Assembly (NCBI GenBank): GCA_001873285.1
Contig: MNYV01000104.1
Location: 1 to 44,024 of the forward strand
Reading direction: 5' to 3'
From: Nitrospirae bacterium CG2_30_53_67
GTDB taxonomy: Bacteria > CG2-30-53-67
DNA length: 44,024 nt
Both the position numbers and the translations under genes were made by a program. The notes under the pieces are model-generated. The model was given only the letters and a program-made list of their open reading frames with translations, ran no database searches and was not told the DNA's origin. Below, in pieces: positions 34,447 to 44,024 of the stretch (its first letter is position 1; each line of letters starts with the position of its first letter).

Positions 34447-35862
34447 GTGGAAGAGTCCCGTCAAGAAAAAAACCCCTGTTCGGTCATCATCCTGGCTGCC
34501 GGGCTGGGCACGAGGATGAAGTCGGAACGGGTGAAGGTTTTACATCCCCTCCTGGGAAGGCCCATGATTTTTTTTGCTGCGGACCTGTCCCTTAAGATCG
34601 GCGCCGAAAAAACCGTCCTGGTGGTGGGCCATCAGGCCGAAGAGGTGCAGAAGGCCTTGGCGGGGAAGCCCGTGGAGTTCGCCCTTCAGAAGGCGCAGAT
34701 GGGCACAGGCCACGCGGTCCAGCAGGCCATGCCTCATCTTCAGGAGAGCCGAGGGGCCGTCCTGGTCCTCTGCGGCGACGTCCCTATGCTGAGACCGGAA
34801 ACCCTCCATGACCTGATCAGACACCATGACGAAACCAGCGCCGCGGTGACGCTTCTCACCACCCATCTCCCTTCACCTGCCGGATACGGCCGTATCGTCC
34901 GATCCCACTCGGGGAACATCCTGAAGATCGTTGAGGAAAAGGACGCCACGGAGCAGCAAAAAGCCATCCGGGAGATCAACACGGGAATCTACTGCTTTGA
35001 CGCCGGGTTTCTCCGAACCTCCATCGCCTCTCTGACCAACCGCAACGTTCAGCACGAATACTACCTCACCGACTTGATCGAGATCGCCCAGTATGAACAC
35101 AAGCAGGTTTCGGGCCTGACATGCCCGGACCCCGACGAGGTCATGGGGATCAACTCCAGGGACCAGATGGCCGAGGCCGAGGCCATCCTGAGAAAACGGA
35201 TCAACCTCCGTCATATGAGGGACGGTGTCACCCTGCTCGATCCCTCCCGGACCTATATCGGGATGAACGTCGCCATCGGCCCTGACACCACCCTCTACCC
35301 CGGCTGCTATCTTGAAGGAAAAACCCGCATCGGATCCGGATGCGTGATCGGGCCCAATACCCGGATCGTCAACTGCGAGATCGGAAACCAGGTCGAGATC
35401 CGTGGGTTTTGCTTTTTGACCGGGTCCAGGGTGTGGGACCGGGCGGTCCTCGGTCCCTTCTCGCACCTCCGTCCCGGAACCGAGATCCATGAGGCGGCCC
35501 ACATCGGAAACTTTGTCGAGGTCAAGAACTCCGTCATCGGGGCCGGATCCAAGGTCAATCACCTCTCCTATATCGGGGACACGGAGATGGGAGAGGGAGT
35601 CAACATCGGGGCCGGGACCATCACCTGCAATTATGACGGCATCCACAAGCACAAGACCGTGATCGGGAATCAGGTTTTCGTGGGAAGCGATACCCAGTTC
35701 GTGGCCCCGGTCAGGATCGGGGACCGCTCCATGATCGGGGCCGGCTCCACCATCACCCGGGATGTGCCCGAAGACGCCCTGGGCTTAAGCCGAGTGGAAC
35801 AGAAAAACGTGGAGCAGGGGGCGAAGAAGCTCTTTGACCGCCTGCGAAACAAGAAAAAATAA
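34447..35862 (+). CDS. glmU: Bifunctional UDP-GlcNAc pyrophosphorylase / GlcN-1-P acetyltransferase
   Basis: LAAGLGTRMKS, EYYLTD, GNFVEVK, HLSYIGD and NIGAGTITCNYDG. Confidence 0.97.
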   Translation: MEESRQEKNPCSVIILAAGLGTRMKSERVKVLHPLLGRPMIFFAADLSLKIGAEKTVLVVGHQAEEVQKALAGKPVEFALQKAQMGTGHAVQQAMPHLQESRGAVLVLCGDVPMLRPETLHDLIRHHDETSAAVTLLTTHLPSPAGYGRIVRSHSGNILKIVEEKDATEQQKAIREINTGIYCFDAGFLRTSIASLTNRNVQHEYYLTDLIEIAQYEHKQVSGLTCPDPDEVMGINSRDQMAEAEAILRKRINLRHMRDGVTLLDPSRTYIGMNVAIGPDTTLYPGCYLEGKTRIGSGCVIGPNTRIVNCEIGNQVEIRGFCFLTGSRVWDRAVLGPFSHLRPGTEIHEAAHIGNFVEVKNSVIGAGSKVNHLSYIGDTEMGEGVNIGAGTITCNYDGIHKHKTVIGNQVFVGSDTQFVAPVRIGDRSMIGAGSTITRDVPEDALGLSRVEQKNVEQGAKKLFDRLRNKKK

Positions 35863-36018
35863 GGATTCAAGGGGTCAAGTGAAATGCTAAAAACATAAGG
35901 GATCGAGGGTCATAGGGTTCAAGGGTCCCAGTGTTTTTCTCTGGAGATTTTGCTTATGTTTCAGTATTTCACTTGACCCCTTGACCCCTTGAATCCTCGA
36001 CCCCAAGATTCCTCAGTG
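35859..36018 (+). repeat. 160 bp octamer-based MITE-like repeat, copy 2
   Basis: About 94% identical to 19577-19736 (inverted). Fills the glmU-glmS intergenic region and overlaps the glmU TAA. Confidence 0.9.
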
Positions 36019-36028
36019 GAGTTTAATT

Positions 36029-37861
36029 ATGTGCGGTATCATGGGATATATCGGAGAACAGGATGTGATTACGGTGATTGTGGACGGCCTGAAACGGCTT
36101 GAATACCGGGGTTACGATTCCGCCGGCATCGCCTATCTCAAGAACGGAGAGATCCAGGTCAGGCGCTCAGAGGGGAAGCTCCGCAACCTGGAATCCCTGC
36201 TCCGGGGCGAATCCACGGACAGCGGGATCGGTATCGGCCACACACGGTGGGCCACCCACGGGAGACCCTCGGAGGAGAACGCCCATCCCCACCGCTCGGG
36301 GGATACCGTCATCGTCCACAACGGGATCATCGAAAATTATCTCCCGCTCAAGAAGGCCCTGATTGAAGAAGGGGTCGCCTTTACGTCGGAAACCGACACC
36401 GAGGTCATGGCCCATCTGATCGAGAAGAGCCTGAAAGAGCAGGGCGGGGACCTGGTCAAGGCCGTCCGGTCCGCCCTGAAGAAAGTATCGGGGGCCTTTG
36501 CGCTCGGCATCATGAACAAAAATGATCCGGACAAGATCATCGCCGTGAAGATGGCGAGCCCCCTGGTCCTCGGACTGGGAAGCGGGGAGAATTTCCTGGC
36601 CTCGGACATCCCGGCCATCCTGAACCACACCCGGAAGGTCATCTTCCTCGATGACGGCGAGATGGCGGTCCTGACGCGGGAAGGCGTGACCGTCACCACT
36701 CTGGAAGGGAAACCTGTAGACAAGGAAATCCAGCATATCACCTGGAGCGCGGTCATGGCGGAAAAGGGGGGCTACAAGCACTTCATGCAGAAGGAGATCT
36801 TCGAACAGCCCCGGGCCATCCTCGACACCTTCCGAGGGAGGATCGGGAGGGAATCGGGAGAGGTTTTTTTCGAACAGTTTGATATCAGCCCGGAAGAGGC
36901 AAAGAAGATCCGGAAGATTGTGATGATCGCCTGCGGCACCTCCTACCATGCGGCCCTGGTCGGAAAATTCATGGTCGAAGAGATGGCGAGGATCCCCGTA
37001 GAGGTGGACATCGCCTCGGAATTCCGGTATCGTGACCCCCTGGTGGATGAAAAGACCCTGCTCGTCTGCATCTCCCAGTCCGGGGAGACCGCGGACACGC
37101 TTGCGGCCCTCCGGGAGGCCAAGGCCAAGGGGGCCAGGACCCTCGGGATCTGCAATGTCCTGGGGAGTTCCATCACCCGGGAGGCGGAATGGGTCCTGTA
37201 CACCCACGCAGGCCCGGAGATCGGCGTGGCCTCGACCAAGGCGTTTACCACACAGCTTGTGGCCCTCTACCTCTTCTCCCTATATCTCGCGAGAACCCTG
37301 GACAGAATCTCTGCCGCTGATTCGGTGTCTCTCATGGAGGATCTGACCCATCTTCCCCATCAGGTGGAAAAGGTCCTGGAAGCGGAGGATACGATCCGGA
37401 ACCTGGCCGGAATCTATGCGGACCGCACGGACTTCCTCTACCTGGGCCGTGGGATCCACTACCCCATCGCCCTGGAAGGGGCCTTGAAACTCAAGGAGAT
37501 CTCCTACATCCATGCCGAAGGCTACCCCGCAGGCGAGATGAAGCACGGGCCCATCGCCCTGATCGACGAGAAGATGCCGGTGGTCTGCCTCCTCCCCAGG
37601 GACAAGGTCTTTGAAAAGGCCCTCGGGAATATCGAGGAGGTCAAGGCAAGAAGCGGGATCGTCATCGCCCTGGTCACGGGAAAGGAGCCCGAAGTCCGGC
37701 AAAAGGCCGATCATGTCATCGAGGTCCCGAACTCCAACCATTACCTCACGCCGGTCCTCATGACCGTACCCTTACAGCTCCTCGCCTATCACATCGCCGT
37801 GCTCCGCGGCACGGATGTGGACCAGCCCAGAAATTTAGCCAAATCCGTGACCGTGGAATGA
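36029..37861 (+). CDS. glmS: Glutamine--fructose-6-phosphate transaminase (isomerizing)
   Basis: [32 protein letters not shown] and [11 protein letters not shown]. Confidence 0.98.
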   Translation: MCGIMGYIGEQDVITVIVDGLKRLEYRGYDSAGIAYLKNGEIQVRRSEGKLRNLESLLRGESTDSGIGIGHTRWATHGRPSEENAHPHRSGDTVIVHNGIIENYLPLKKALIEEGVAFTSETDTEVMAHLIEKSLKEQGGDLVKAVRSALKKVSGAFALGIMNKNDPDKIIAVKMASPLVLGLGSGENFLASDIPAILNHTRKVIFLDDGEMAVLTREGVTVTTLEGKPVDKEIQHITWSAVMAEKGGYKHFMQKEIFEQPRAILDTFRGRIGRESGEVFFEQFDISPEEAKKIRKIVMIACGTSYHAALVGKFMVEEMARIPVEVDIASEFRYRDPLVDEKTLLVCISQSGETADTLAALREAKAKGARTLGICNVLGSSITREAEWVLYTHAGPEIGVASTKAFTTQLVALYLFSLYLARTLDRISAADSVSLMEDLTHLPHQVEKVLEAEDTIRNLAGIYADRTDFLYLGRGIHYPIALEGALKLKEISYIHAEGYPAGEMKHGPIALIDEKMPVVCLLPRDKVFEKALGNIEEVKARSGIVIALVTGKEPEVRQKADHVIEVPNSNHYLTPVLMTVPLQLLAYHIAVLRGTDVDQPRNLAKSVTVE

Positions 37862-37921
37862 TGCCGCACGTTTAAGGAGAGACTTGCCCGAGATTTCGGA
37901 AAAGCGGGCTCACCAAGAGCA

Positions 37922-38350
37922 TCAGGGATTCTGATTATTGATCCTGTTTTGCTCTCTGATGGCCCGGTTGGCCAAGGAGTCCGCCTCGGCATTCTTTTCC
38001 CTGGGAACGTGGAAAATCTCCACCTGTTCAAAACCGTGAATGAGTTGAAGGGCCTGATCGTAGAGTATTTTCAGGTGCGGTTTTTTTACCTGGTAGCGCC
38101 CGTTCATCTGGCGGACCAAAAGTTCGGAGTCCGATGCGATCCGGACCCTCAGCGCCCCCTGTTCCCGGGCTATTTCCAGCCCCTCGATCAAGGCTGTGTA
38201 TTCGGCCGTATTGTTTGTGGTCTCGCCGATATAGCGGAAGCGTTCAAAGAGCGTGGCGCCCCCCGGGTCCTTGCCGATCAGGCCGATGGCCGCCGGCCCG
38301 GGGTTCCCCTTGGCCGCCCCGTCGATATGAATCAGAATCTCTTTCGTCAA
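37922..38350 (-). CDS. rnhA: Ribonuclease HI
   Basis: DGAAKGNPG, TNNTAEY, DSEL and HVPREKNAEADSLAN. TTG start. Confidence 0.92.
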   Translation of the reverse strand: MTKEILIHIDGAAKGNPGPAAIGLIGKDPGGATLFERFRYIGETTNNTAEYTALIEGLEIAREQGALRVRIASDSELLVRQMNGRYQVKKPHLKILYDQALQLIHGFEQVEIFHVPREKNAEADSLANRAIREQNRINNQNP

Positions 38351-38354
38351 TGGG

Positions 38355-39065
38355 TTACTTCTCCGCGTAAAGGATCCGGCCGCAGAAGGAGCAAGTGATA
38401 ATGGATTTTGCCTTGCGAACGTCGTTGTAGAGCTGGGGAGGAAGGGTCACATGGCACCCCTGACAGTTCCCGTCTATGATACGGACCAGGGCGGGGGGGC
38501 CCTTATGCCTAAGAATCTTGTTATAATGATTGAGGTATTTCGGGTTGATCCCGCCTGCGATCCCCTCTCTTTTTAATTTCAGTTCCTTGTGCTCCGAATC
38601 AAAATGAATGTTCTGGTTTTCCATCTCCTGTTTTTTCCTGAGGAAGGTCTCCTCTTCCACGCGGCACTGAGACAAGACCTCATCCTTCTCCTTCTGCAGC
38701 TCATCGAGGGCGGCCATCTTGCCGAGAAGATCCTCCTCCAGTTTACTTTTCTCCTTCTGCATCGTTTCGATCTCTTTTTGAAGGGCAAAATATTCCTTCT
38801 GGGTGGTGATCAGGGGGAGTTTGTCCCTTGACTTCTGAGTTTTGTCGCCGTACTCCTGGATGGATTGTTCCAGGCGGAGCATTTCCTGCCGGAGTTCGGG
38901 GATCCTTACGAGCAAATCATCCTTCCTCTCTTCCAGTTGATTCAGGGGGGCCCTCATTTCCTGAACGGTCTTTTGAAGCTCTCCCATTTTTTCTTCCACT
39001 TCCTGCAGACGGCTGTCAACCCCCTGGAGGTGGATGAGTCCGCTGATATCTTGGTTGATGTTCAT
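38355..39065 (-). CDS. Coiled-coil protein with C4 zinc ribbon (DUF164 / CT398-HP0958-like)
   Basis: LQGVD start motif, long coiled coil and CQGCH...CSFCGRILY. Confidence 0.9.
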   Translation of the reverse strand: MNINQDISGLIHLQGVDSRLQEVEEKMGELQKTVQEMRAPLNQLEERKDDLLVRIPELRQEMLRLEQSIQEYGDKTQKSRDKLPLITTQKEYFALQKEIETMQKEKSKLEEDLLGKMAALDELQKEKDEVLSQCRVEEETFLRKKQEMENQNIHFDSEHKELKLKREGIAGGINPKYLNHYNKILRHKGPPALVRIIDGNCQGCHVTLPPQLYNDVRKAKSIITCSFCGRILYAEK

Positions 39066-39176
39066 GGCTTCACTCCAAAAAAAATGCACTTTAGATTGCT
39101 AAAGTGCATTGGACGTAACCCGGTAAAAACATGCTCTTGAAAAAGAAAATTAAACTCATCCTTTTATCTCTGTAAA

Positions 39177-39253
39177 TGGTGGGCCCACCAGGATTCGAAC
39201 CTGGGACCAACCGGTTATGAGCCGGTGGCTCTGACCAGCTGAGCTATAGGCCC
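39177..39253 (-). tRNA. tRNA-Ile2 (CAT anticodon, lysidine type)
   Basis: GGGCCTATAGCTCAGCTGGTCAGAGCCACCGGCTCATAACCGGTTGGTCCCAGGTTCGAATCCTGGTGGGCCCACCA: 77 nt, CCA encoded, Ile2-like acceptor stem, no fMet features. Confidence 0.93.
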
Positions 39254-39340
39254 CGTTGATTTTCCAATGGGATCTTCCGGCCCTATGTCATAAGCCTCTT
39301 TATTTACCGGCCGATAAGCCCTCTTCTATCGAAATGTAAT

Positions 39341-39369
39341 AATTTATAAAAAAATCATCATTATGTCAA
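39341..39369 (-). promoter_or_regulatory. sigma70 promoter for tRNA-Ile operon
   Basis: Minus strand TTGACA-17 bp-TAAATT with AT-rich upstream sequence. Confidence 0.7.
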
Positions 39370-39458
39370 GAATATTTTCTAATCCGTTTCCTCGTATGCA
39401 ATCCGCCTGTCCATGTTCAAGACCCGTTCCGAACCTCACGCTTTGCCATACGCGCAGC

Positions 39459-39483
39459 CCTGCCTGTGCTGCGGCAGACAGGT
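39459..39483. repeat. REP-like palindrome
   Basis: Reverse complement ACCTGTCTGCCGCAGCACAGGCAGG; same family as 3789 and 17227. Confidence 0.75.
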
Positions 39484-39516
39484 GAGAATGAAGACAAACT
39501 CCCGCTTTTTCAAACC

Positions 39517-39708
39517 CTATTCTTCAGGAGGCACGAGGAGGCGCTCCTCTGCAAGAGAATGAAGAGGCCGCTCCGAAGTGGTCTTGTACTTTTTAGGCGC
39601 CCGTTTACGCTCCAGGATGACCTCGGGTGTCAGCTCCCCCTTTTTAAGGTCGGTCTTCCGAAACGTTGTTTGAAGACTGCCGCTTCCTGTTTTTTTACGC
39701 GAGGACAT
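39517..39708 (-). CDS. Small basic hypothetical protein
   Basis: 63 aa ORF overlapping the ExeA stop, in operon orientation. No recognisable motif. Confidence 0.4.
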   Translation of the reverse strand: MSSRKKTGSGSLQTTFRKTDLKKGELTPEVILERKRAPKKYKTTSERPLHSLAEERLLVPPEE

Positions 39709-40642
39709 TTTTTATAAGCTCTTTGCCGATTCTCTTCTTCTTTTCCAGGAAGGCTTCCATCAAACTGTTATGGCAGATGCGGTTGATGTCTCTGCAGACA
39801 CCGCCGGTGCTTTTATAAATTTCCATGAAGGCCTCATCTTCAAATATAGGCTCCTTGCATCCGGCGCTTAAGAGCCTGAACTTGATATACTGCGATGTTT
39901 CATCAGGCCCCATGGGCAAAAGCTGAACCTTCAGATACATCCGGTTTCTTAAGGACTCGTAGGACGGGTGGGACAATCGTCTCAAAAAAAGGTCCTCTGC
40001 AAACAGGATGCAGGTGGAGAGCTTTTTCTGGGGGGTTTCAAGATTGCTGATGGTTCTAAGGATATGCAGGGACTCCGAACTCAGGAAATGCGCCTCGTCG
40101 ATCAGGATCACGAGTTTCCGGTTCTGGCTGTATAGGTCGATAATCCGGCTGTGCAGCAGGTCGATGAGCGCCTGCGTCTGCGAAGGAAGATTGTCGTTTT
40201 CCTCGATCAGTTCTCTTAAAATCTCCTTCAGGAGGGAGGTCTTGCTCATCCCGGGAGTGACGAGGACCATCACAGTCCGGTACTCAGCAGGATTGAGATG
40301 TTTTAAGAGCATCAAACTCATCAGGGTCTTGCCGGTCCCGCTGGCGCCGTGCACCAGACCCAGGGAAATATCCTCCTGAATCGTCATACTCATTTTCTTA
40401 AACGCCGTCTCATGAACCGAACTCCCATAAAAAAACTCCGGGTTCACGGAATCGGAAAAGGGATGGGTCTCAAAACCAAAATATTCGAGTTGATTCACGG
40501 ATGAGTTCTCCCGTGCGCCCTTTTCAGATTCCTGAGCTTTCAAATGGCTTTCCGATATTAATTCAGCGAGATCTTGAGAAGGGGGCGGGTCCTCAACCGG
40601 CTGGGCTGGAACCTCGTGCAAGGCATTGGACATTTCTGACAT
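39695..40642 (-). CDS. ExeA/GspA-family AAA ATPase (stand-alone)
   Basis: EYFGFETHPF..NPEFFY, GASGTGKT, IDEAHFL, ISNLETPQKKL and GGVCRDINRIC. Start ATG 40642 with AGGAG RBS. Confidence 0.88.
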   Translation of the reverse strand: MSEMSNALHEVPAQPVEDPPPSQDLAELISESHLKAQESEKGARENSSVNQLEYFGFETHPFSDSVNPEFFYGSSVHETAFKKMSMTIQEDISLGLVHGASGTGKTLMSLMLLKHLNPAEYRTVMVLVTPGMSKTSLLKEILRELIEENDNLPSQTQALIDLLHSRIIDLYSQNRKLVILIDEAHFLSSESLHILRTISNLETPQKKLSTCILFAEDLFLRRLSHPSYESLRNRMYLKVQLLPMGPDETSQYIKFRLLSAGCKEPIFEDEAFMEIYKSTGGVCRDINRICHNSLMEAFLEKKKRIGKELIKNVLA

Positions 40643-40692
40643 GGTATCTTCTCCTTTTCTTAAGTTGACCGGTCTGGTATAAAATCGATTGA

Positions 40693-41754
40693 TCATAGAA
40701 AGGACGCCTCCAAGGGCACAAACAGTTCGAACAATTCGGTTTTCTTCCCTCCTTTCCATACCTTTTTTTTCTGAAGCAGTCTCTGTACGATCTCTTCAAT
40801 GCAGAGGACGGCAGGGGAATCCGGACAGAGATTCACCAGGGGCGACCGGGACTGGATGGCCTTCTCCACATTGGAATCTTCAAAGATATATCCTCCTCTC
40901 TCCACATTTTTTCCCAGAAAGTCGTCCGCGCAGCCGATGACCTTGTTAAAAACCTGGTCCGCCTGAGATCTGCTTCGGACCCGGTTCACGATCAGGTTCA
41001 TGTTTCCGGCTATTTGCTGCTGCACGGCAATCCGGATCAGTCCGAAGGCATCCAGGGTCGAGGCGATATTGGGCGTCGCAACCGTCAGGATTTCATCCGC
41101 AAGGCTGATGAATCGAAGGACATTCCTGGAGACTCCCGCGGAGGTATCGATCACCAGGACATCGGTCATTTTCCCGAGCCTGGTGATCTCATCAATGATG
41201 TGGTTCCGCTGCGATTCCTTAAGCTCGGCAAGCTGGAAAAGCCCGGACCCGCCCGGTATCAGTTTCATGCCGCAGGGGCCCTCCGTGAGGATTTCCTCAA
41301 TGCTTGCACGCCGATTGAGAAGGTCGAGAATGGTATATTTTGGATTGACGCCGAGAAAGAGGTGGGCATTGGCAAGGCCGAGGTCCCCGTCAAAAAGCAC
41401 GGTCCGGACCCCGTGCCTGGCGAGCATGACGGCCAGATTCACAGAAATGGAAGTCTTTCCCACCCCGCCTTTCCCGCTGGTGACGGCAATGACCCAGACC
41501 CCTTTGCCTCGCTCCAGGCAGAGACGCTGAAACTCTGATTTGATTTGGAAGATACTGAGGTCGGGACGATTGAGGAGTTGGTTGATCTTCTTTAAGATAT
41601 TGATTTGTTTCCGAGTATAAAGCGTCGGGAAAGGAGATAGCCTCGGAAAACCGAAAAAGGCGCCGAACTCCCGTTCGATGAAACGTATCCGGCTTTTCTC
41701 CAAAACCAGGAAATGACAAACATCATCAAGAGTATAAAACTCTTTCTCTTCCAT
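40693..41754 (-). CDS. MerR-type HTH fused to MinD/FlhG (FleN)-like ATPase
   Basis: FYTLDDVCHFL..EKSRIRFIEREF HTH; IAVTSGKGGVGKT, DGDLGLAN, IPGGSG, IDTSAG and VNRV. Start ATG 41754. Confidence 0.85.
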   Translation of the reverse strand: MEEKEFYTLDDVCHFLVLEKSRIRFIEREFGAFFGFPRLSPFPTLYTRKQINILKKINQLLNRPDLSIFQIKSEFQRLCLERGKGVWVIAVTSGKGGVGKTSISVNLAVMLARHGVRTVLFDGDLGLANAHLFLGVNPKYTILDLLNRRASIEEILTEGPCGMKLIPGGSGLFQLAELKESQRNHIIDEITRLGKMTDVLVIDTSAGVSRNVLRFISLADEILTVATPNIASTLDAFGLIRIAVQQQIAGNMNLIVNRVRSRSQADQVFNKVIGCADDFLGKNVERGGYIFEDSNVEKAIQSRSPLVNLCPDSPAVLCIEEIVQRLLQKKKVWKGGKKTELFELFVPLEASFL

Positions 41755-41822
41755 TGTATCCTGAATAGAGCCCGTGGTGCGATATGAAGTTAGAGGAACT
41801 CTTTCTTTAGGCTTGGATGATG

Positions 41823-41851
41823 ATAGTACTAAATAAAAAAACATGATGCAA
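41823..41851 (-). promoter_or_regulatory. Putative sigma70 promoter for the MerR-FlhG operon
   Basis: Minus strand TTGCAT-17 bp-TACTAT. Confidence 0.45.
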
Positions 41852-41942
41852 GAAAAAAATAAGCAGTCAAGAATATTTTTAGATGACATAATGCTATCGA
41901 ATCCATGTTGTTTTCTTTATCCGCCTTTGCTAAAATCCGGAC

Positions 41943-44024
41943 ATGACGCGGCAGACAGAGGTTACAGAGGCGGGCATTGCAGAGGTCGTGGCGCCCGGTA
42001 TTGACAGGATCTTTCATTACACGATCCCTGAAAAATTCAAGGTTCTCGCGGTTCCTGGAATCCGGGTGAGGGTCTCCCTGGGCCGCCGGACCGTGACCGG
42101 GTATCTCGTGGGAACAAAAGAAGAGAGCGATTATCCGAAGCTCAAACCCCTGAGCGATCTGCTGGATTCCGAACCTCTTTTACCTCCGCAAATGCTCAAA
42201 CTGACCCGGTGGATATCCGAATATTACCTTGCCCCCTGGGGCTCGGTGATCCGGGCCGTCCTCCCCTCGGGAATGGATGAGGTCCGGACCGTTCGGGTCT
42301 CCCTAACCCAGGAAGGGAAGGCCTGCGTCCAGGCGGATCCCCTCTTCGATAAGATCCGAACCTCCCTTTCCGGCCATACGCTGACCACCAAACAGCTTGA
42401 AACAAAGACCGGCAAACGGAATATAAAAGCCCATCTCAATCAATATTGCAAACAAGGTCTTCTTCTCCTCCGGAAGGAGATCCGCAAACCGGTTCGGAGC
42501 AAGTCCGAGACGATCTACAGGCTCGCTGTAGATCCTCTCTTCCTGGAACAGAACCTTGCCGAGATTCAGAAACGCTCTCCTTCCCAGGCACGGATTCTTC
42601 AGGCCCTGCAAGGGAGACCGGGTCCATGGAGCGCCTCGGAAATCCGGGAGCAAACCGGCGCAAAATCCGGCGTGATCCGGACCCTCGTTGAGAAAAGCCT
42701 TCTGATCCGAGAAAGCCGGGACGTCTTTCGTGATCCTTTCCCCGGAGAGAAAATCGTCATGGCCGATCCCCCGGATCTTTCCCCCGAACAGGAAGCCGCC
42801 GTGGAGCCGGTTGCGGCCTCCCTGAAACATGGGCGTTTTGAGACCTTTCTCCTCTACGGCGTGACCGGCAGCGGAAAGACCGAGATCTATCTTCGTGCCA
42901 TTGAAATTGCCCTCTCTCAACAAAAGGAGGCCATCGTCATCGTTCCGGAGATCGCCCTGACCCCGCAATTGATTCGCATATTCCACTCCCGATTCGGCAA
43001 AGAGATTGCCGTCCTGCACAGCGGGCTCTCGGACGGAGAGCGGTATGACCAGTGGAACCGGATCAGAAAAGGGGAGGTGTCCATAGCCGTGGGCGCCCGC
43101 TCAGCGATCTTTGCGCCCTTCACGCATCTCGGCCTCATCGTCGTAGATGAAGAGCACGATGCAACCTACAAGCAGGAAGAAGTGCCGAGATACCATGCCA
43201 GGGACCTTGCCGTAGTCCGGGGGAAGATGTCCGGCGCAACGGTGATTCTCGGAAGCGCAACCCCCTCTGTGGAGAGTTTCTACCATGCCCATGCAGGAAA
43301 GTACCAAATGCTCACCATGGAAAAGCGCATCGAGGATCGCCCCATGCCCGAGATCTGCCTGATCGACATGAAACAAGAAAGAGGCGCGGGACTTCTCTCC
43401 CCGAAACTGGCCGAAGCGGTCAAACAGGGGCTTGAGCGGCATGAACAGGTCCTCCTCTTCCTGAACCGGCGAGGTTATGCCCCCTTCCTTCTGTGCTCGA
43501 AATGCGGATATGTCCACCGCTGTCCCAACTGCAGCGTGAGCCTGACCTACCACATGAAAGAGCAGGAAGTCTGCTGTCATCACTGCGGATATACAACCAC
43601 GCTGACGAACATCTGCCCTGAATGCAAGGCCGAATCATTGGAGTTGAAGGGATCAGGCACGGAACGGATCGAGAAGGAGGTGCAGGATACCTTTGAGGGA
43701 TCATCGCTCCTCCGCCTGGACCGGGACACCACCAGAACCAAAGGTGCGGCGCAAAAGATCCTGGACCAGTTCCGGTCCGGCCAAGGAAACATCCTGATCG
43801 GCACCCAGATGGTGGCCAAAGGGCATCACCTCCCCGGGATCTCCACTGTCGGTGTGCTGAACGCCGACACCTCCCTTAATTTTCCTGACTTCAGGTCCGG
43901 GGAGAGGACCTTTCAGATCCTGACCCAGGTGGCGGGCAGGTCCGGAAGAGGAGCGTCCATGGGGAAAGTTTACTTGCAGAGCTATACCCCGGAGCACTAC
44001 TCTATCCAGGCGGCCAGGAACCAT
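41943..44024 (+). CDS. priA: Primosomal protein N' (replication restart helicase), 3' truncated by window
   Basis: Absent from the ORF track because it has no stop in the window. In frame from ATG 41943: FHYTIP, GVTGSGKT (42858), VPEIALTPQ, DEEHD (43146), LNRRG, CxxC pairs and GTQMVAKG. Confidence 0.96.
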   Translation, partial: MTRQTEVTEAGIAEVVAPGIDRIFHYTIPEKFKVLAVPGIRVRVSLGRRTVTGYLVGTKEESDYPKLKPLSDLLDSEPLLPPQMLKLTRWISEYYLAPWGSVIRAVLPSGMDEVRTVRVSLTQEGKACVQADPLFDKIRTSLSGHTLTTKQLETKTGKRNIKAHLNQYCKQGLLLLRKEIRKPVRSKSETIYRLAVDPLFLEQNLAEIQKRSPSQARILQALQGRPGPWSASEIREQTGAKSGVIRTLVEKSLLIRESRDVFRDPFPGEKIVMADPPDLSPEQEAAVEPVAASLKHGRFETFLLYGVTGSGKTEIYLRAIEIALSQQKEAIVIVPEIALTPQLIRIFHSRFGKEIAVLHSGLSDGERYDQWNRIRKGEVSIAVGARSAIFAPFTHLGLIVVDEEHDATYKQEEVPRYHARDLAVVRGKMSGATVILGSATPSVESFYHAHAGKYQMLTMEKRIEDRPMPEICLIDMKQERGAGLLSPKLAEAVKQGLERHEQVLLFLNRRGYAPFLLCSKCGYVHRCPNCSVSLTYHMKEQEVCCHHCGYTTTLTNICPECKAESLELKGSGTERIEKEVQDTFEGSSLLRLDRDTTRTKGAAQKILDQFRSGQGNILIGTQMVAKGHHLPGISTVGVLNADTSLNFPDFRSGERTFQILTQVAGRSGRGASMGKVYLQSYTPEHYSIQAARNH

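Noticed and set aside
35863..36028. glmS ribozyme
   Set aside because: The interval is explained by the 160 bp repeat also found at 19577; no ribozyme core was recognised.
34873..37207. Long minus-strand ORFs (259 aa, 346 aa)
   Set aside because: Antisense shadows of glmU and glmS.
37862..37921. rnpB or a Tn7 insertion after glmS/rnhA
   Set aside because: The gap is only 60 bp and has no TGT end or RNase P motifs.
39177..39253. tRNA-Met assignment, or use as an integration site
   Set aside because: The sequence fits Ile2 better than Met or fMet, and no duplicated 3' end or integrase is in the window.
42196..44024. Minus-strand ORFs in the track
   Set aside because: Shadows of priA, which is on the + strand and missing from the track.

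Overview
Bacterial chromosomal window, fairly GC-rich. Gene content suggests a Nitrospirota- or Desulfobacterota-like Gram-negative (inference only). From left to right: the 3' end of a type I R-M hsdR plus a short M48 peptidase; rlmI; an HI0933-family flavoprotein; mobB; a three-gene glucosylglycerate-type cluster; a PEP-CTERM-like small protein; a minus-strand exopolysaccharide/PEP-CTERM operon (Wzz-like co-polymerase, ExeA ATPase, DUF4388-MshEN-receiver protein, a PilB/GspE homolog with degenerate catalytic motifs, tyrosine kinase) preceded by a PocR-GAF histidine kinase; the core block tmk-holB-ricT-metG-tatD/radical SAM; a ~7.6 kb AT-richer accessory island; DUF502-glmU-glmS; rnhA; a zinc-ribbon protein; tRNA-Ile(CAT); a MerR-HTH/FlhG-ExeA operon; and priA running off the end. 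The island carries a sigma54-type promoter, a cohesin-PEP-CTERM gene and a dockerin/lipase secreted module. Its left edge has an orphan antitoxin with an attC-like site and a foreign copy of the glmS 3' end followed by a Tn7 right-end-like sequence, possibly present twice. Its right edge has a group II intron DV-DVI relic interrupted by an IS110 fragment. Intergenic regions contain several families of palindromic or MITE-like repeats, some nested. All calls come from reading motifs by eye; no searches were run.
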